A stretch of DNA of 64,000 nt from positions 32,001-96,000 of IMG/VR virus record IMGVR_UViG_3300023116_000009; one strand, written 5' to 3'. This document shows positions 54,351 to 64,000 of this stretch, one piece after another. The position numbers were made by a program, and so were the translations under genes. Source of the stretch: a virus. Numbering within the stretch: position 1 is the first letter of the stretch; each line of letters starts with the position of its first letter. The notes under the pieces were generated by a model. It was not told the DNA's origin, searched no databases, and was given only the letters and a program-made list of their open reading frames with translations.

Positions 54351-56604
54351 TTGACATGAGTTGCTCTAATTGATTGCGCTTTTCTTCTAATTCCTCTTCT
54401 CCTTTTCCATCATAGGTGTTCTGGTAATAAGATGTTTTCCAACCGTATTTGTATGTAGTCAGTAGATCTTGTGCCCATACTGAGATAGGAATTTCCTTAT
54501 TAGGATAGTTCTCAGGATTGTAAGACCAGTTGCCAGAGATTGCTTGGTCAAAGAACTTCTGCATCACCGCCAAGATCTTAATATATCCTTCATTGGATTC
54601 CATATCCCAGAGAAGAGTGTAATTATTCTTAAGCGAAGAGTACTGAGGTACGACTTGCTTAAGGGTTCCCTTCTTGCTCTTCTTAACGGACAGATATCCT
54701 CTAGGGGGTTCAACTCCATTTGTGGCATTTGACACAACGGAACTGCTCTCCGATGGCATCTGTGCGGACAACGTTGAATGTCGTAGTCCATGTACTTGGA
54801 TCTCGGTACGTAGAGTTTCCCAATCATAATTGTACTCAGGTACTACCAGTTCATCAACGTCCTTTTTGTATGTATCAATTGGAAGGATTCCGTCATAATA
54901 CTTGGTACGATGGAATGCTTCACATGGACCTTTCTCTTTAGCAAGTTGATTGGATGCCTTCAACAGATAATACTGGAATGCCTCACTAAGATCATGAACC
55001 AATTTCAAAGCACCAGGATCATCATAATGTTCTCCATGGCGTGCCAAATAATGAGCAAGACCGATGAAACCCACTCCAAGCGATCTACGTGCCCTTGTAG
55101 CACGTTCTGCTGCCCTTACAGGGTATCCCTGATAGTCGATCAACTCTTCCAAGGCACGAACGGAAAGATCGCAAAGTTCTTCCATTTCCTCTAGTTTGTG
55201 AATCTTACCTACGTTAATAGCAGAAAGAATACACAAAGCAATCTCGCCACCCTCATCATCAATGTGTCGAATGGGATCTGTAGGTAGGGTAATCTCCTGG
55301 CAAAGGTTAGACATACTCACCTTATCCTTAAAGGAAGAATGAGTATTGCAGTGGTCGATGTTCATGATGTAGATACGACCCATCTCTGCCCTCTCCTTCA
55401 GCAGATTCAAAATCAATTCTTGAGCACCAATGGTTTTCCTAGGGACCTTCGTGTCTCCTTCGTACTTTCTATAAAGGTTATCAAACTCAGGAGTGCCGAA
55501 AGCATCATAAAGCCCAGGCACATCGTGAGGACTAAAGAGAGTAATGTTCTCGTTAGCAATAAACCGTTCGTAGAATAGTTTAGAAATCTGGATGGAGTAG
55601 TCAAGTTTGCGGACACGGTTGTCTTCAGTACCTTTATTGTTCTTTAGAACGATGATGTCTTCGATTTCTTGGTGCCAGATTGGGAAGTGGACAGTTGCTG
55701 ATCCACCTCGGATGCCATTTTGAGTGCAGCATTTGACAGTTGCTTCAAACTTTTTGAGGAAAGGGATAACACCTGTGTGCTGAACTTCTCCACCTCGGAT
55801 CTTACTGTTGATGCCACGGATTCTGCCTGCGTTGATGCCGATTCCCGCCCTTTGTGCAACGTATTTGCCAATTGCCATATCAGAGCTAAAGATAGAATCG
55901 AGGGTGTCATCAACGTCAACAAGAACACAGCTAGCAAATTGTCGAAGTGGAGTTCGCACTCCCGCCATGATAGGTGTGGGAATGTTGATTTTGTGTTTTG
56001 AGATTGCATTGTAGTATCTACGGATGTAAGACAGACGAACGTCTTTATCATAGTTAGCAAAGATCGTCACTGCAATCATCATGTACATGAATTGTGGTGT
56101 TTCATATACTTGCCCAGTGTTACGATCCTGAACCAAATACTTATCAACTACCTGGCGAAGACCAGCATATGTAAACAAGAAGTCACGATCATGATCAACC
56201 CACTCACCAATGGTATTAAGTTCTTCTTCTGTATAGTTATTAAGAACTTCAGAGTCATAAACTCCCCATTCAATACAACGAATGATTTGAGCATAGAATG
56301 AAGGATGGTCCCAACAAAGACCATAAATTTGCTTACGAATCCCAAACAAGAGGAGTCGTGCAGCAACGTATTGATAATTAGGATTCTCCAAAGAGATCAA
56401 ATCAGCAGCAGATCTTACAAGAATCTTTTGGATTTCATCTGTAGTAATCCCATCATAAAATTGAATTCCAGATTGGATTTCTACTTGACTTGCAGAAACC
56501 CCTGAGAGACCGTCACAAGCGGCGTCAACCATCTTGTGCATCTTGTCAAGATCAATTGCTTCAACTGTGCCGTTTCTTTTCTTTACTTGAATGCCGTTGC
56601 TCAT
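54310..56604 (-). CDS. nrdA: Class Ia ribonucleotide reductase alpha subunit
   Basis: ATP cone; QFASCVL, SNLCQEI, QMPSESSS, C-terminal DDCESCKI; no intein or intron. Confidence 0.97.
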   Translation of the reverse strand: MSNGIQVKKRNGTVEAIDLDKMHKMVDAACDGLSGVSASQVEIQSGIQFYDGITTDEIQKILVRSAADLISLENPNYQYVAARLLLFGIRKQIYGLCWDHPSFYAQIIRCIEWGVYDSEVLNNYTEEELNTIGEWVDHDRDFLFTYAGLRQVVDKYLVQDRNTGQVYETPQFMYMMIAVTIFANYDKDVRLSYIRRYYNAISKHKINIPTPIMAGVRTPLRQFASCVLVDVDDTLDSIFSSDMAIGKYVAQRAGIGINAGRIRGINSKIRGGEVQHTGVIPFLKKFEATVKCCTQNGIRGGSATVHFPIWHQEIEDIIVLKNNKGTEDNRVRKLDYSIQISKLFYERFIANENITLFSPHDVPGLYDAFGTPEFDNLYRKYEGDTKVPRKTIGAQELILNLLKERAEMGRIYIMNIDHCNTHSSFKDKVSMSNLCQEITLPTDPIRHIDDEGGEIALCILSAINVGKIHKLEEMEELCDLSVRALEELIDYQGYPVRAAERATRARRSLGVGFIGLAHYLARHGEHYDDPGALKLVHDLSEAFQYYLLKASNQLAKEKGPCEAFHRTKYYDGILPIDTYKKDVDELVVPEYNYDWETLRTEIQVHGLRHSTLSAQMPSESSSVVSNATNGVEPPRGYLSVKKSKKGTLKQVVPQYSSLKNNYTLLWDMESNEGYIKILAVMQKFFDQAISGNWSYNPENYPNKEIPISVWAQDLLTTYKYGWKTSYYQNTYDGKGEEELEEKRNQLEQLMSIAEEEDDCESCKI

Positions 56605-57581
56605 ACCTTTTTCCACTGTGTAAATTTGAGAGTTGCTTCTAGTCCTTGGTAGGTGTTCGATTCTACCATACTTTGAACGTCATGTCCAGCAAGAACCATG
56701 TCGTTCAGATCTTTTTGAGTTACAGAAGATGGAAATATTACCACCTTGTATCCCTCTTGGATGGTCTTATTAATTTTAGAACAGATTTCTCTGTTTCTCG
56801 GTTCGTTGTCGTAGACGAATACGTGTCGATTATCAAAATTGCTGTTGTTAACATCGCTACCGCACATAGCAATAGCATTCCGCAAGAAATGGGAGTCGAA
56901 GGGTCCTTCGGTGACATAGATGGTCTGCTCTTGGTTTACTTTGTCCATACCATACAGTTTAAGTTTATCCTCGTCAAGCATCACTGTAATATAACGTATT
57001 TGCGCTTGAGGATACAAAGATCTACCCTGGTATCCAAAGACACCATCTTTATCCCGAAGAGGAATAATTATTCTTGACTCATCATACCTTGCATCTTTGA
57101 AAACTTTCTTATGTTTGTTTGTCCATTCTTTAAATTTCGGGCAGAAATAGAATGGTTCAGTTGGTAACTTGCGTGCTTCAAGGAACCGACGAGCGATGTG
57201 TGTTTTATTTAGATCTGAGATCTTTTGCAGGTCTGAGAATATGTCGATTTGGAAACGTGGTGGTTCAAACTTAAATTTTGGTAGTGGAATTTTAGTTCCC
57301 TTACCAGTAGAACCTTCCTTGTATGCTTCCAGAACATACTCACCATACAACTGAGCATCATGATCTTTCAGAAAGTTTGGTAATGTCCTTCCTACTCCAC
57401 AGTTGTGGCATTTAAAGATGTAAGAACCCTTCTTCTGAAAGAAATAACCCCTAGCACGATTCTTGTTCTTTTGAGAATCGCCACAATAGGGGCATCTGAA
57501 ATTGTATGTATTCTCGGACTTTTTAAACTTCTCTAAACGTAGAGAAACCAGGGAGATGTACTTCCTGTCGAGATGCAACAT
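56601..57581 (-). CDS. gp61: DNA primase gp61
   Basis: FRCPYCGDS...FKCHNCG...YVTEGPFDS...VYDNEPRN. Confidence 0.95.
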   Translation of the reverse strand: MLHLDRKYISLVSLRLEKFKKSENTYNFRCPYCGDSQKNKNRARGYFFQKKGSYIFKCHNCGVGRTLPNFLKDHDAQLYGEYVLEAYKEGSTGKGTKIPLPKFKFEPPRFQIDIFSDLQKISDLNKTHIARRFLEARKLPTEPFYFCPKFKEWTNKHKKVFKDARYDESRIIIPLRDKDGVFGYQGRSLYPQAQIRYITVMLDEDKLKLYGMDKVNQEQTIYVTEGPFDSHFLRNAIAMCGSDVNNSNFDNRHVFVYDNEPRNREICSKINKTIQEGYKVVIFPSSVTQKDLNDMVLAGHDVQSMVESNTYQGLEATLKFTQWKKV

Positions 57582-57999
57582 AATCAAAAGACGTTTTATC
57601 AATACTAACAGAGGAACCCACAGGTGTCAACAGTTTGATAATAGGAGGGACCACTTGTAACACTGCCACAAGGGTAGCAAGAACAGCACCAGCACCAATG
57701 ACAAACTTAGCATTGGTATCTACTCTCTTCTGCAACTGAGAAACTCTCTGGTGCATTACTTCGTGGTCCTTATCCACCTTGGTTTTCAGATCCTCAATCA
57801 TTTTGATGATGAGTTTATCTGATTTTTCACTGTCTTCTAAGCGTCCTTCATGGCGCTCTAAGATTATAGCAATCTTATTGCTATTGTCAGAGATGGTTCC
57901 AACTGCTCTTTCAAGTTTGTCAAGCATCTCTTTGGAGAGATCTTCATAAATGTCCAGTTTACTTTCTAAAACTGCTAATTTACCAAGACCAAACGCCAT
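57523..57999 (-). CDS. Coiled-coil membrane hypothetical protein
   Basis: KLAVLESKLDIYEDLSKEMLDKLE plus a C-terminal hydrophobic helix. Confidence 0.7.
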   Translation of the reverse strand: MAFGLGKLAVLESKLDIYEDLSKEMLDKLERAVGTISDNSNKIAIILERHEGRLEDSEKSDKLIIKMIEDLKTKVDKDHEVMHQRVSQLQKRVDTNAKFVIGAGAVLATLVAVLQVVPPIIKLLTPVGSSVSIDKTSFDYVASRQEVHLPGFSTFREV

Positions 58000-58640
58000 T
58001 AGAGGGTCTCCACAAACTCCGCTGCTCTGTCGAAGTTTTCTGAGATCATATCAGTAAACTTATCTTGATTAGATTCACTCATTTCCATCCAAGTAAAAAG
58101 AAACTTTTCCTTTTGCTCTGGCGAAAGAGTTGCAAACTGTTCATTAAGTTCAGTAAATGCACCTTCCCAGTCAAAAGAATTGTTCTGCTGCTTTCTTTCG
58201 GAAGATGCTTTACTTACATCCTTAGCAACTTGCTGTTGGCGAGCACCTGCTTTCTTTGCATAGTCCTTTGCCTTTGCTTTAGATAATGCTTGAATCTCTT
58301 GCTTGCGATTTGCAGCACGCTTCTCACGCTCTTGCTTCTTTTGCAGTTTGCGTTTTGTCTGAATCATACGCATTGCTGCGGATACTTCAGTATTTTTATT
58401 ATCTTCTTCGTGAATGACAGTTTGGTCTTCCATGGTTTCTTCTTTTAATCTAGCGTTTCTAATCCTTTGAAAAATATCGGTTTTGAACTTGCGCTTCCGT
58501 TTCCTAACAGGGGGTGAGTCAGGGGGAAGACCAGCAATCGCACCAGAAGATGCATTGTTGGTAGGAACTTCCTCAGTATATACTCTACCATTCATTTTTA
58601 GAGTTAACACCTTCATAGTTTTTGAAGTTCCTGAATACAA
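57999..58640 (-). CDS. Hypothetical protein (EEVPTNNAS.GAIAGLPPD.PPV motif)
   Basis: ORF track; start uncertain. Confidence 0.7.
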   Translation of the reverse strand: MYSGTSKTMKVLTLKMNGRVYTEEVPTNNASSGAIAGLPPDSPPVRKRKRKFKTDIFQRIRNARLKEETMEDQTVIHEEDNKNTEVSAAMRMIQTKRKLQKKQEREKRAANRKQEIQALSKAKAKDYAKKAGARQQQVAKDVSKASSERKQQNNSFDWEGAFTELNEQFATLSPEQKEKFLFTWMEMSESNQDKFTDMISENFDRAAEFVETL

Positions 58641-58975
58641 AATTGATCGATTTGAATCGTATCATTATTTATTTGCGGATATCGATTCAAGTAAATCATA
58701 AAACTTTTTAGAACTGTCCAATACTCACTAGAAATTTTATAGAAAAGTAATGGAGTTGCCGCTTCACCAAAAACATTATAAATGATAATCATATGATTTA
58801 ATATCAAGTGTAGTTTGAGGTTGCCCGTCTTTAAATAAGTTTTGAGCAACCTCTTTAGATACTTAAATCTTTTAAGATCATCGTAGAAGTCATCCTTAGT
58901 TACTGCCTGAGGATTATCATAATGTTTAATTGCAAAGAAGAGGTAGTTATCCTCATTCAATTCAGTAAACTTCAT
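58613..58975 (-). CDS. Conserved T4-like hypothetical protein
   Basis: MKFTELNEDNYLFFAIKHYDNP...FYDDLKRFKYLKRLL...LILNH. Confidence 0.8.
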   Translation of the reverse strand: MKFTELNEDNYLFFAIKHYDNPQAVTKDDFYDDLKRFKYLKRLLKTYLKTGNLKLHLILNHMIIIYNVFGEAATPLLFYKISSEYWTVLKSFMIYLNRYPQINNDTIQIDQFCIQELQKL

Positions 58976-58981
58976 AGATTA

Positions 58982-59560
58982 TCATGCAATAGTGAGAGTA
59001 AGGTCATCACCAGAACCACCTGCACCCAGGATATTGGTGTAAGTAAGTTCAGATGCAACAGAGGTGCCCTTATCAAAGATAGTACCACCGTTCAGATCAA
59101 TTGGCAATCCAGGCAGTGACAGATCTTCTGCTTGTGAAGGAACAGTGAAGTCAAACTCAAGACGGTTTGATCCAGTTCCACGTGCATATGCTGCATTGAT
59201 GTTACCAGTTACACTACCAACAAGGGTAAATTGTGGTGTTCCAGTAACGTCAACTTGCTCGTTGTAGACAACAACAACGGTTCCAGTATCGCCCTGTGCC
59301 AGTGCTTCTTGCTCAAAGAATACAGCAGTGATGTCTGCCTCTCCAAGAGCAGCAGCAGGATCAGTTCCACCAGCAAGACCACCAATCGCTACCAGGACTT
59401 CATCCCAGTAACGTGCAGTATTCTTATCAGCACCCTTGTAGTGACGCAGAACCCATCCTTGCTCTGTTGCAAAGCAATCTTCAGCAAGACCTACCTTGTT
59501 TACATTATCTAACCACTTTGGTTTTGATTCGTCAGTTTCTGTTTTTCCCCAGAGAGGCAT
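58982..59560 (-). CDS. Virion structural protein (probable)
   Basis: MPLWGK...FATEQGW...DEVLVAI...Ig-like YARGTGSNRLEF. Confidence 0.7.
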   Translation of the reverse strand: MPLWGKTETDESKPKWLDNVNKVGLAEDCFATEQGWVLRHYKGADKNTARYWDEVLVAIGGLAGGTDPAAALGEADITAVFFEQEALAQGDTGTVVVVYNEQVDVTGTPQFTLVGSVTGNINAAYARGTGSNRLEFDFTVPSQAEDLSLPGLPIDLNGGTIFDKGTSVASELTYTNILGAGGSGDDLTLTIA

Positions 59561-59608
59561 CGTTAAACTCCTGTATAATACTATTTGATTGCGTATAAAG
59601 ATATTTAT

Positions 59609-59632
59609 AAAAAAAGGAGGGTTACCCCTCCT
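59609..59632 (-). terminator. Intrinsic terminator adjacent to a late promoter
   Basis: GGAGGG-GTAA-CCCTCC plus T run leading into TATAAATA. Confidence 0.75.
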
Positions 59633-59638
59633 GGTAGA

Positions 59639-59833
59639 TTATCGTTTGGGAGGGAATAGTGCTTTCTCTAATTCCGCTACCAAACGATCATCAATTTTAT
59701 TGTCAGTTCTTGATACTGCCTTTTTGGCAAGTTCAAGCATGAATCTCTTGATGAGATCATCAAGGTTGTCGGGGATTGCATCAACTGCAGCGTTGATGAT
59801 TTTGATTGCAAGTGGTACTAAAAAGTTTGCCAT
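59639..59833 (-). CDS. Hypothetical protein, 64 aa
   Basis: FLVPLA.KII...LAKKAVSRTDNKIDD.LV. Confidence 0.7.
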   Translation of the reverse strand: MANFLVPLAIKIINAAVDAIPDNLDDLIKRFMLELAKKAVSRTDNKIDDRLVAELEKALFPPKR

Positions 59834-59861
59834 GATTAAAACAGCAAGGTCAAATTATATA

Positions 59862-61076
59862 TCACTTTTTAGCGTTTTTATTGGCAGTAGCATACATGAC
59901 TTGCTTCGCCTTGTCACCATAACGTGCCTTAAGGTCACCCATATTCTTCTTCATGCCCTTGACAATATCTTCTTTCTTCTCTTTGTCAACTTCTTCGTTG
60001 ACACCATCTTGATACTTACGACGCTTGACTTTAGATGCTTTCTTTGCAAGGCATTTCTCACATCCACAATCTTCGCCTGAGCATGTTTCACACTCTTCTT
60101 TCATGTTGTTAGCACCTTTCAGTTTCTTATTCTTATCAAAGACACTCTCAGGATCAGTAGCATCTTCAATCTGAGGATTAACTACTACACCCTTAACATC
60201 CTTCTCAAGAAGTTCAGTTCTCCAATCAGAGTACTCTTCCTTCTTAGTTCCTTTCTTTGCTTTAATTGCAGCAGAGACCGTAGCACGTCTCTTGAGAAGA
60301 TAAGAATCAGATGCGTCCTTGTCACCGTCATTATCTACATCACCATCTTCTTTACCAACGGGATCCAGTTTCTTCTTCTCTTCAATCATTTCACCTTCTG
60401 CCTCAAATCCTGCCTTGACACAGTTATCAACAGTTTTACCACCCTTTTGTTTGGTGCCAGCAAGTTTGTATCCTTTCCAACATGCCTTACCATCAAGACC
60501 CTTTGCCTTACCTTCACTGATGATTTCAATGTATTGAACTGCAAGATCCTTCATACGCTCAGTGCCAAACTGAGCATCAATTGCTTCAATCAGTTCTTCA
60601 TCTGTCGAATTCTCTACAATAATTCTATCAACTTTAGATGCAATCTCTCTTTGCTCAGAGACATTCAATCCAAGCATCCACGCTGATAATTCTACAGTGG
60701 TATTCATCTTCTCTTCTTTAATCGGTTTAGTTTTATTTATACGCTGCTTAACTTCGGAAGGTTTCTTCAACATGTCATAATCAGATCCAGGTGCCATGTC
60801 AGATGCTAACTTACGATACGCATCAGTTCCAACTAAACGTTGATCAGAACTAACAGTAGATCCTGATTTGTTCCACTGTTTATATTCTTTAATATCAGTC
60901 ACCCAAGACCTAAACATTGTACCTTCTTCTGTAATAGCAATAACATAGTTAGGACCACGACGATGTACTTTCCCAACTACACCTTCACCATTCTGCACAT
61001 ACGAACCAACCTCATACAGGTTTCCATGCCTGTATGAGGTCTTTGTTGCATTTGAACTAAACTGTGAGAATTTCAT
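59862..61076 (-). CDS. Mosaic, charged probable internal head protein, 404 aa
   Basis: GKACWKGYKLAGTKQKGGKTVDNCVK and KKKLDPVGKEDGDVDNDGD..D.YL.KRR modules; many xEE motifs. Confidence 0.65.
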   Translation of the reverse strand: MKFSQFSSNATKTSYRHGNLYEVGSYVQNGEGVVGKVHRRGPNYVIAITEEGTMFRSWVTDIKEYKQWNKSGSTVSSDQRLVGTDAYRKLASDMAPGSDYDMLKKPSEVKQRINKTKPIKEEKMNTTVELSAWMLGLNVSEQREIASKVDRIIVENSTDEELIEAIDAQFGTERMKDLAVQYIEIISEGKAKGLDGKACWKGYKLAGTKQKGGKTVDNCVKAGFEAEGEMIEEKKKLDPVGKEDGDVDNDGDKDASDSYLLKRRATVSAAIKAKKGTKKEEYSDWRTELLEKDVKGVVVNPQIEDATDPESVFDKNKKLKGANNMKEECETCSGEDCGCEKCLAKKASKVKRRKYQDGVNEEVDKEKKEDIVKGMKKNMGDLKARYGDKAKQVMYATANKNAKK

Positions 61077-62225
61077 TTAATCTTCTTCTGATGAAACGTC
61101 TATGGACATTGATCTACTTTGTATATATTCATCCGAAAATACTCCAGCACGAACTCCTCTGACTACACTACCTTTATACTCTACATCATCAGATAAAGAT
61201 GGGTCTTTATAAGAAACGGTTCTGTATTCTTCACCTTGTCTAGCAAACAAAGTTGGTTCATAAGTGCCGTTCAAATCATTAATTTGACCCCTGTCAAGTA
61301 ATTTAGTTGTAAAATCCATACGAAGTTTTGCCCTTTTTCTTTTAGTTGCTCGTTCTATAATAGTTAAATTTACCTGCCCTTGAGCAAACAAATTTATATT
61401 ATTAGACGACAATCTATCTGCACCATTGTCAAAATCTTTACCAAACACAGCACGTTGTTTGAGGTTAGTGTCTTTGATTTTCATGTAGTATCCTCTACCA
61501 TAAAAATCAGTTTCTTGCTTTTCAGAAATTATTTTTCTAAATTCAACTACTTGTTCATGATCATGAATGGAATCTCCAGCACGACTAGAGATTCCAGAAT
61601 ACTGTTGGAAAGATCTAGCAGTATTTCCATCTTTATGTGAGATGAAAAATTTAGCAGCGCCGTTTACATCTATTCCAACAAAATCTGCTTTATGCCCAAA
61701 AGGACCAGGAACCATTCCAATAATGTTTTGATACAAATCACCTTTAATTAACACATGTACTGGAGATCCTCGCCCAAGATCTTCTAGTTTATCATTAAAC
61801 TTTTTGATAATCTCATACTCAGTTGCATTGTCTGGAGTTCCGTTAATATACGTTGCTTGAGGATTATTATTCTTAAAATTCTCAAGCAACGTATTTCTAA
61901 ATCCAGTTTTTAACCACGCATTTCCTATAAGAGGTTTAATTAAAATCCTAGTGAGTACAGATAAACCCTTTATCTCAAACGATAGAACCGTACTAGATCC
62001 TTGGGTACTCCATTCCCATGGGATCCCCTTTGTGTTTAAGAACTCTTGCATAGAATCATGAAGAGAGGTTCTATCTTTTGTTCTCATAACTATGTTATGA
62101 AGGGCACTAGAACTTTTTGGAGCAAAAGCTCCAGTCGATGGAATGCCAGATGTTCTTGGATCGTATCGACTAGAACTTATTGTACTCGAAATCAAACTCC
62201 AAAGTTCTTGGGGAGTGGTTGGCAT
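61077..62225 (-). CDS. Hypothetical protein, possible PD-(D/E)XK nuclease fold
   Basis: HKADF...FISHKDG...FQQYSGIS. Confidence 0.6.
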   Translation of the reverse strand: MPTTPQELWSLISSTISSSRYDPRTSGIPSTGAFAPKSSSALHNIVMRTKDRTSLHDSMQEFLNTKGIPWEWSTQGSSTVLSFEIKGLSVLTRILIKPLIGNAWLKTGFRNTLLENFKNNNPQATYINGTPDNATEYEIIKKFNDKLEDLGRGSPVHVLIKGDLYQNIIGMVPGPFGHKADFVGIDVNGAAKFFISHKDGNTARSFQQYSGISSRAGDSIHDHEQVVEFRKIISEKQETDFYGRGYYMKIKDTNLKQRAVFGKDFDNGADRLSSNNINLFAQGQVNLTIIERATKRKRAKLRMDFTTKLLDRGQINDLNGTYEPTLFARQGEEYRTVSYKDPSLSDDVEYKGSVVRGVRAGVFSDEYIQSRSMSIDVSSEED

Positions 62226-62237
62226 TTTTACTTTTAT

Positions 62238-62648
62238 TTATCTGTCGCCTTGCTTACGATTCTCTGAGAAGTAAACATCAAAGGCACCTTCAGGATAACG
62301 TTTCTGAAGTTTATTGACGTTAGTTTCAACCACTTCATCAAAAGAAACTTCTAGTGCCATACATGCTTGAGCAACGTACCACATAAGGTCACCCAACTCA
62401 ATAATAAGATGCTCTCGATTATCGTCGTTCCAAGGTTTACCTTGGAAAACCATCTTCTTAATGATCTCAAGGAACTCACCACCTTCAGCATTAATACCAA
62501 CCCCAGCAGTAAGCAGTCGTTCAATATTGGCACCCTGACGATCCAACTCGCCAATTCGATCAGCAAAATCAACAAAATTTGTTGAGCACTTAGAAGTAAC
62601 TGCTGCCACAAATTCTGCATAACGATCAAAATCAATATGCTTAGTCAA
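62238..62648 (-). CDS. mazG: MazG-like NTP pyrophosphohydrolase
   Basis: GINAEGGEFLEIIKK...ELGDLMWY...NVNKL..RYP; TTG start overlapping the gp41 stop. Confidence 0.9.
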   Translation of the reverse strand: MTKHIDFDRYAEFVAAVTSKCSTNFVDFADRIGELDRQGANIERLLTAGVGINAEGGEFLEIIKKMVFQGKPWNDDNREHLIIELGDLMWYVAQACMALEVSFDEVVETNVNKLQKRYPEGAFDVYFSENRKQGDR

Positions 62649-64000
62649 AAGTAAATCCTCCAAATTTGTTTTTGTTAGTAGGGGTTTCGTCGTCATTATC
62701 ACCTGCATCCAGGATGTCGTTCTGGGCAGATTGCTCACAATCATACAACCTCATCTTGGATCTGTCAATACCTATGGCAAACCTCTTATTGACAGTGATG
62801 TCGTTGTAACGATTCTTTAATTGTTTTACAAGTATCTGCCCGAGTTGCTCCGATTCTTCAGTGCTAATAAGGGCAAACATAAGATCAGCAGTAGCAGGGA
62901 GACCAAAGGACTCAGAAGTGTCAGTAAGGTCAACATCAGTGCTGCCATAACCGCTGCGAGTGGTTTGAGTAGCAGAGACGATTGGCACATTTTGTTCCAC
63001 AGCAAGACCACGAAGTTCTTCTGCAATTCCCTTAACCAAGGTGTACGAGTTAACAAAACTTGCCTTGAATCTTTGTGAAGTACAGATATTAAGGTAATCC
63101 ACAAATATAATATCGGGTCTAAAACCTTTCTTGAGAGACAGATCACTAATAAGAGACCTAAAATGTCCCACATGGGCAGATGCAGTAGGATATTCTTTAA
63201 TGATAAGTTTACCATTGGTCTTCTTCATCAAGTTAGTAACCTTACTCTCATACATTTTATGAGGTAAAGTAGCAAGATCTCGAATAGGAACACCAAGCAA
63301 GTTAGCATCAATACGTTCTGCAATCCTTTCTTCTGCCATCTCACAAGTAATGTATAGTACATTCTTACCTTGGAGAAGACATGCTGCTGCTACGTGGCAC
63401 ATGAACAAAGATTTACCCACACCAGTACCAGCGAGGGCAATGTTTAATGATTTATTAGGAAGACCACCCTTAGTGATCTTATTAAACATTGCTAAATCAA
63501 AAGGCATCTTTGCTTCTACAGTATTGTAGAAATCATATCTCTCTTGATAATCCCCTAAGTAATCGTGACCAATCCTATTATCAAAAGAAACAGCAATAGC
63601 ATCAGAAAGAATAGAAGGTATAGAACCTTTATCTCTTTCCTTATCATCACCATCAGCAATTTTAATACTATCAAGTAATGCAAGATAGATGGCACGATTA
63701 CGACACCACTCTTCTGTTGTATCTAGCAACCATTGGAAATCACATTGCTCATCTTCTAAGTTTTGTATGGACGCACTGACATTCTTGAAAGTGTCATCAC
63801 TCAGATGAGATGCTGCTTGGAGATCAACCTCCAGAGATTCTTTGGTTGGGCACTTTTCATACTTCTCAATGAAAGTTTTGATCAATTTGAAAAGTGTTAC
63901 GTTAGTGTCCGACTCAAAGTAAGACACCTTCAAATATGGAAACACTTGACGACGATATTCGTCGTTACATACAAGGTTTTTTAAAATTGTAAATTCAAGT
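62641..64000 (-). CDS. gp41: Replicative helicase gp41 (5' end outside the window)
   Basis: LAGTGVGKS, EMAE, VDYLNI, SATQTTRSG, QLKNRYND; frame is open to the window edge. Confidence 0.95.
   Translation of the reverse strand, partial: LEFTILKNLVCNDEYRRQVFPYLKVSYFESDTNVTLFKLIKTFIEKYEKCPTKESLEVDLQAASHLSDDTFKNVSASIQNLEDEQCDFQWLLDTTEEWCRNRAIYLALLDSIKIADGDDKERDKGSIPSILSDAIAVSFDNRIGHDYLGDYQERYDFYNTVEAKMPFDLAMFNKITKGGLPNKSLNIALAGTGVGKSLFMCHVAAACLLQGKNVLYITCEMAEERIAERIDANLLGVPIRDLATLPHKMYESKVTNLMKKTNGKLIIKEYPTASAHVGHFRSLISDLSLKKGFRPDIIFVDYLNICTSQRFKASFVNSYTLVKGIAEELRGLAVEQNVPIVSATQTTRSGYGSTDVDLTDTSESFGLPATADLMFALISTEESEQLGQILVKQLKNRYNDITVNKRFAIGIDRSKMRLYDCEQSAQNDILDAGDNDDETPTNKNKFGGFTFD

Noticed and set aside
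44209-56604. Introns, inteins or homing endonucleases in psbA, nrdA or nrdB
   Set aside because: All three ORFs are uninterrupted and of normal length. The GIY-YIG gene after nrdB fits the DenA-like position and lacks an obvious mobile context.
1-64000. Stop-codon reassignment
   Set aside because: Core genes are full length under the standard code and no suppressor tRNA is present.

Overview
The window is a 64-kb segment of a T4-like cyanomyophage (Kyanoviridae-type), most likely infecting Synechococcus. This call rests on the gene content, an intron-free psbA with the long D1 C-terminal extension, and nine tRNAs, eight of them with U-wobble anticodons. Almost all genes lie on the minus strand. 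From left to right: four very large virion/tail-fibre genes (1-14951); a tRNA cluster with a structured spacer RNA; a baseplate/tail module (split gp5, cp12, hub, two tape-measure-like genes, gp51/gp26, gp54-like, then plus-strand gp4, gp2, gp48, gp53); a replication/late-transcription block (gp32, gp59, gp33, exonuclease, phoH, thyX, glutaredoxin); a hypervariable island of small ORFs and auxiliary metabolic genes (talC, petE, psbA, two hli, thioredoxin-like, petF, cpeT, two tail-collar paralogues, more tRNAs and ncRNAs); and nrdB, nrdA, primase, mazG and a 5'-truncated gp41 helicase. Best leads: (1) tandem glutamine-riboswitch (glnA)-like aptamers, one of which has a complete 61-codon ORF nested inside its P2 stem, upstream of a DUF4278-like peptide; (2) a probable programmed -1 frameshift fusing gp26 to gp51, analogous to lambda G/GT; (3) unassigned structured RNAs next to tRNAs and a late-promoter-driven small RNA; (4) an orphan Phd/YefM-like antitoxin beside the tRNA cluster. 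All family assignments come from motif recognition by eye. No database searches or folding programs were run.
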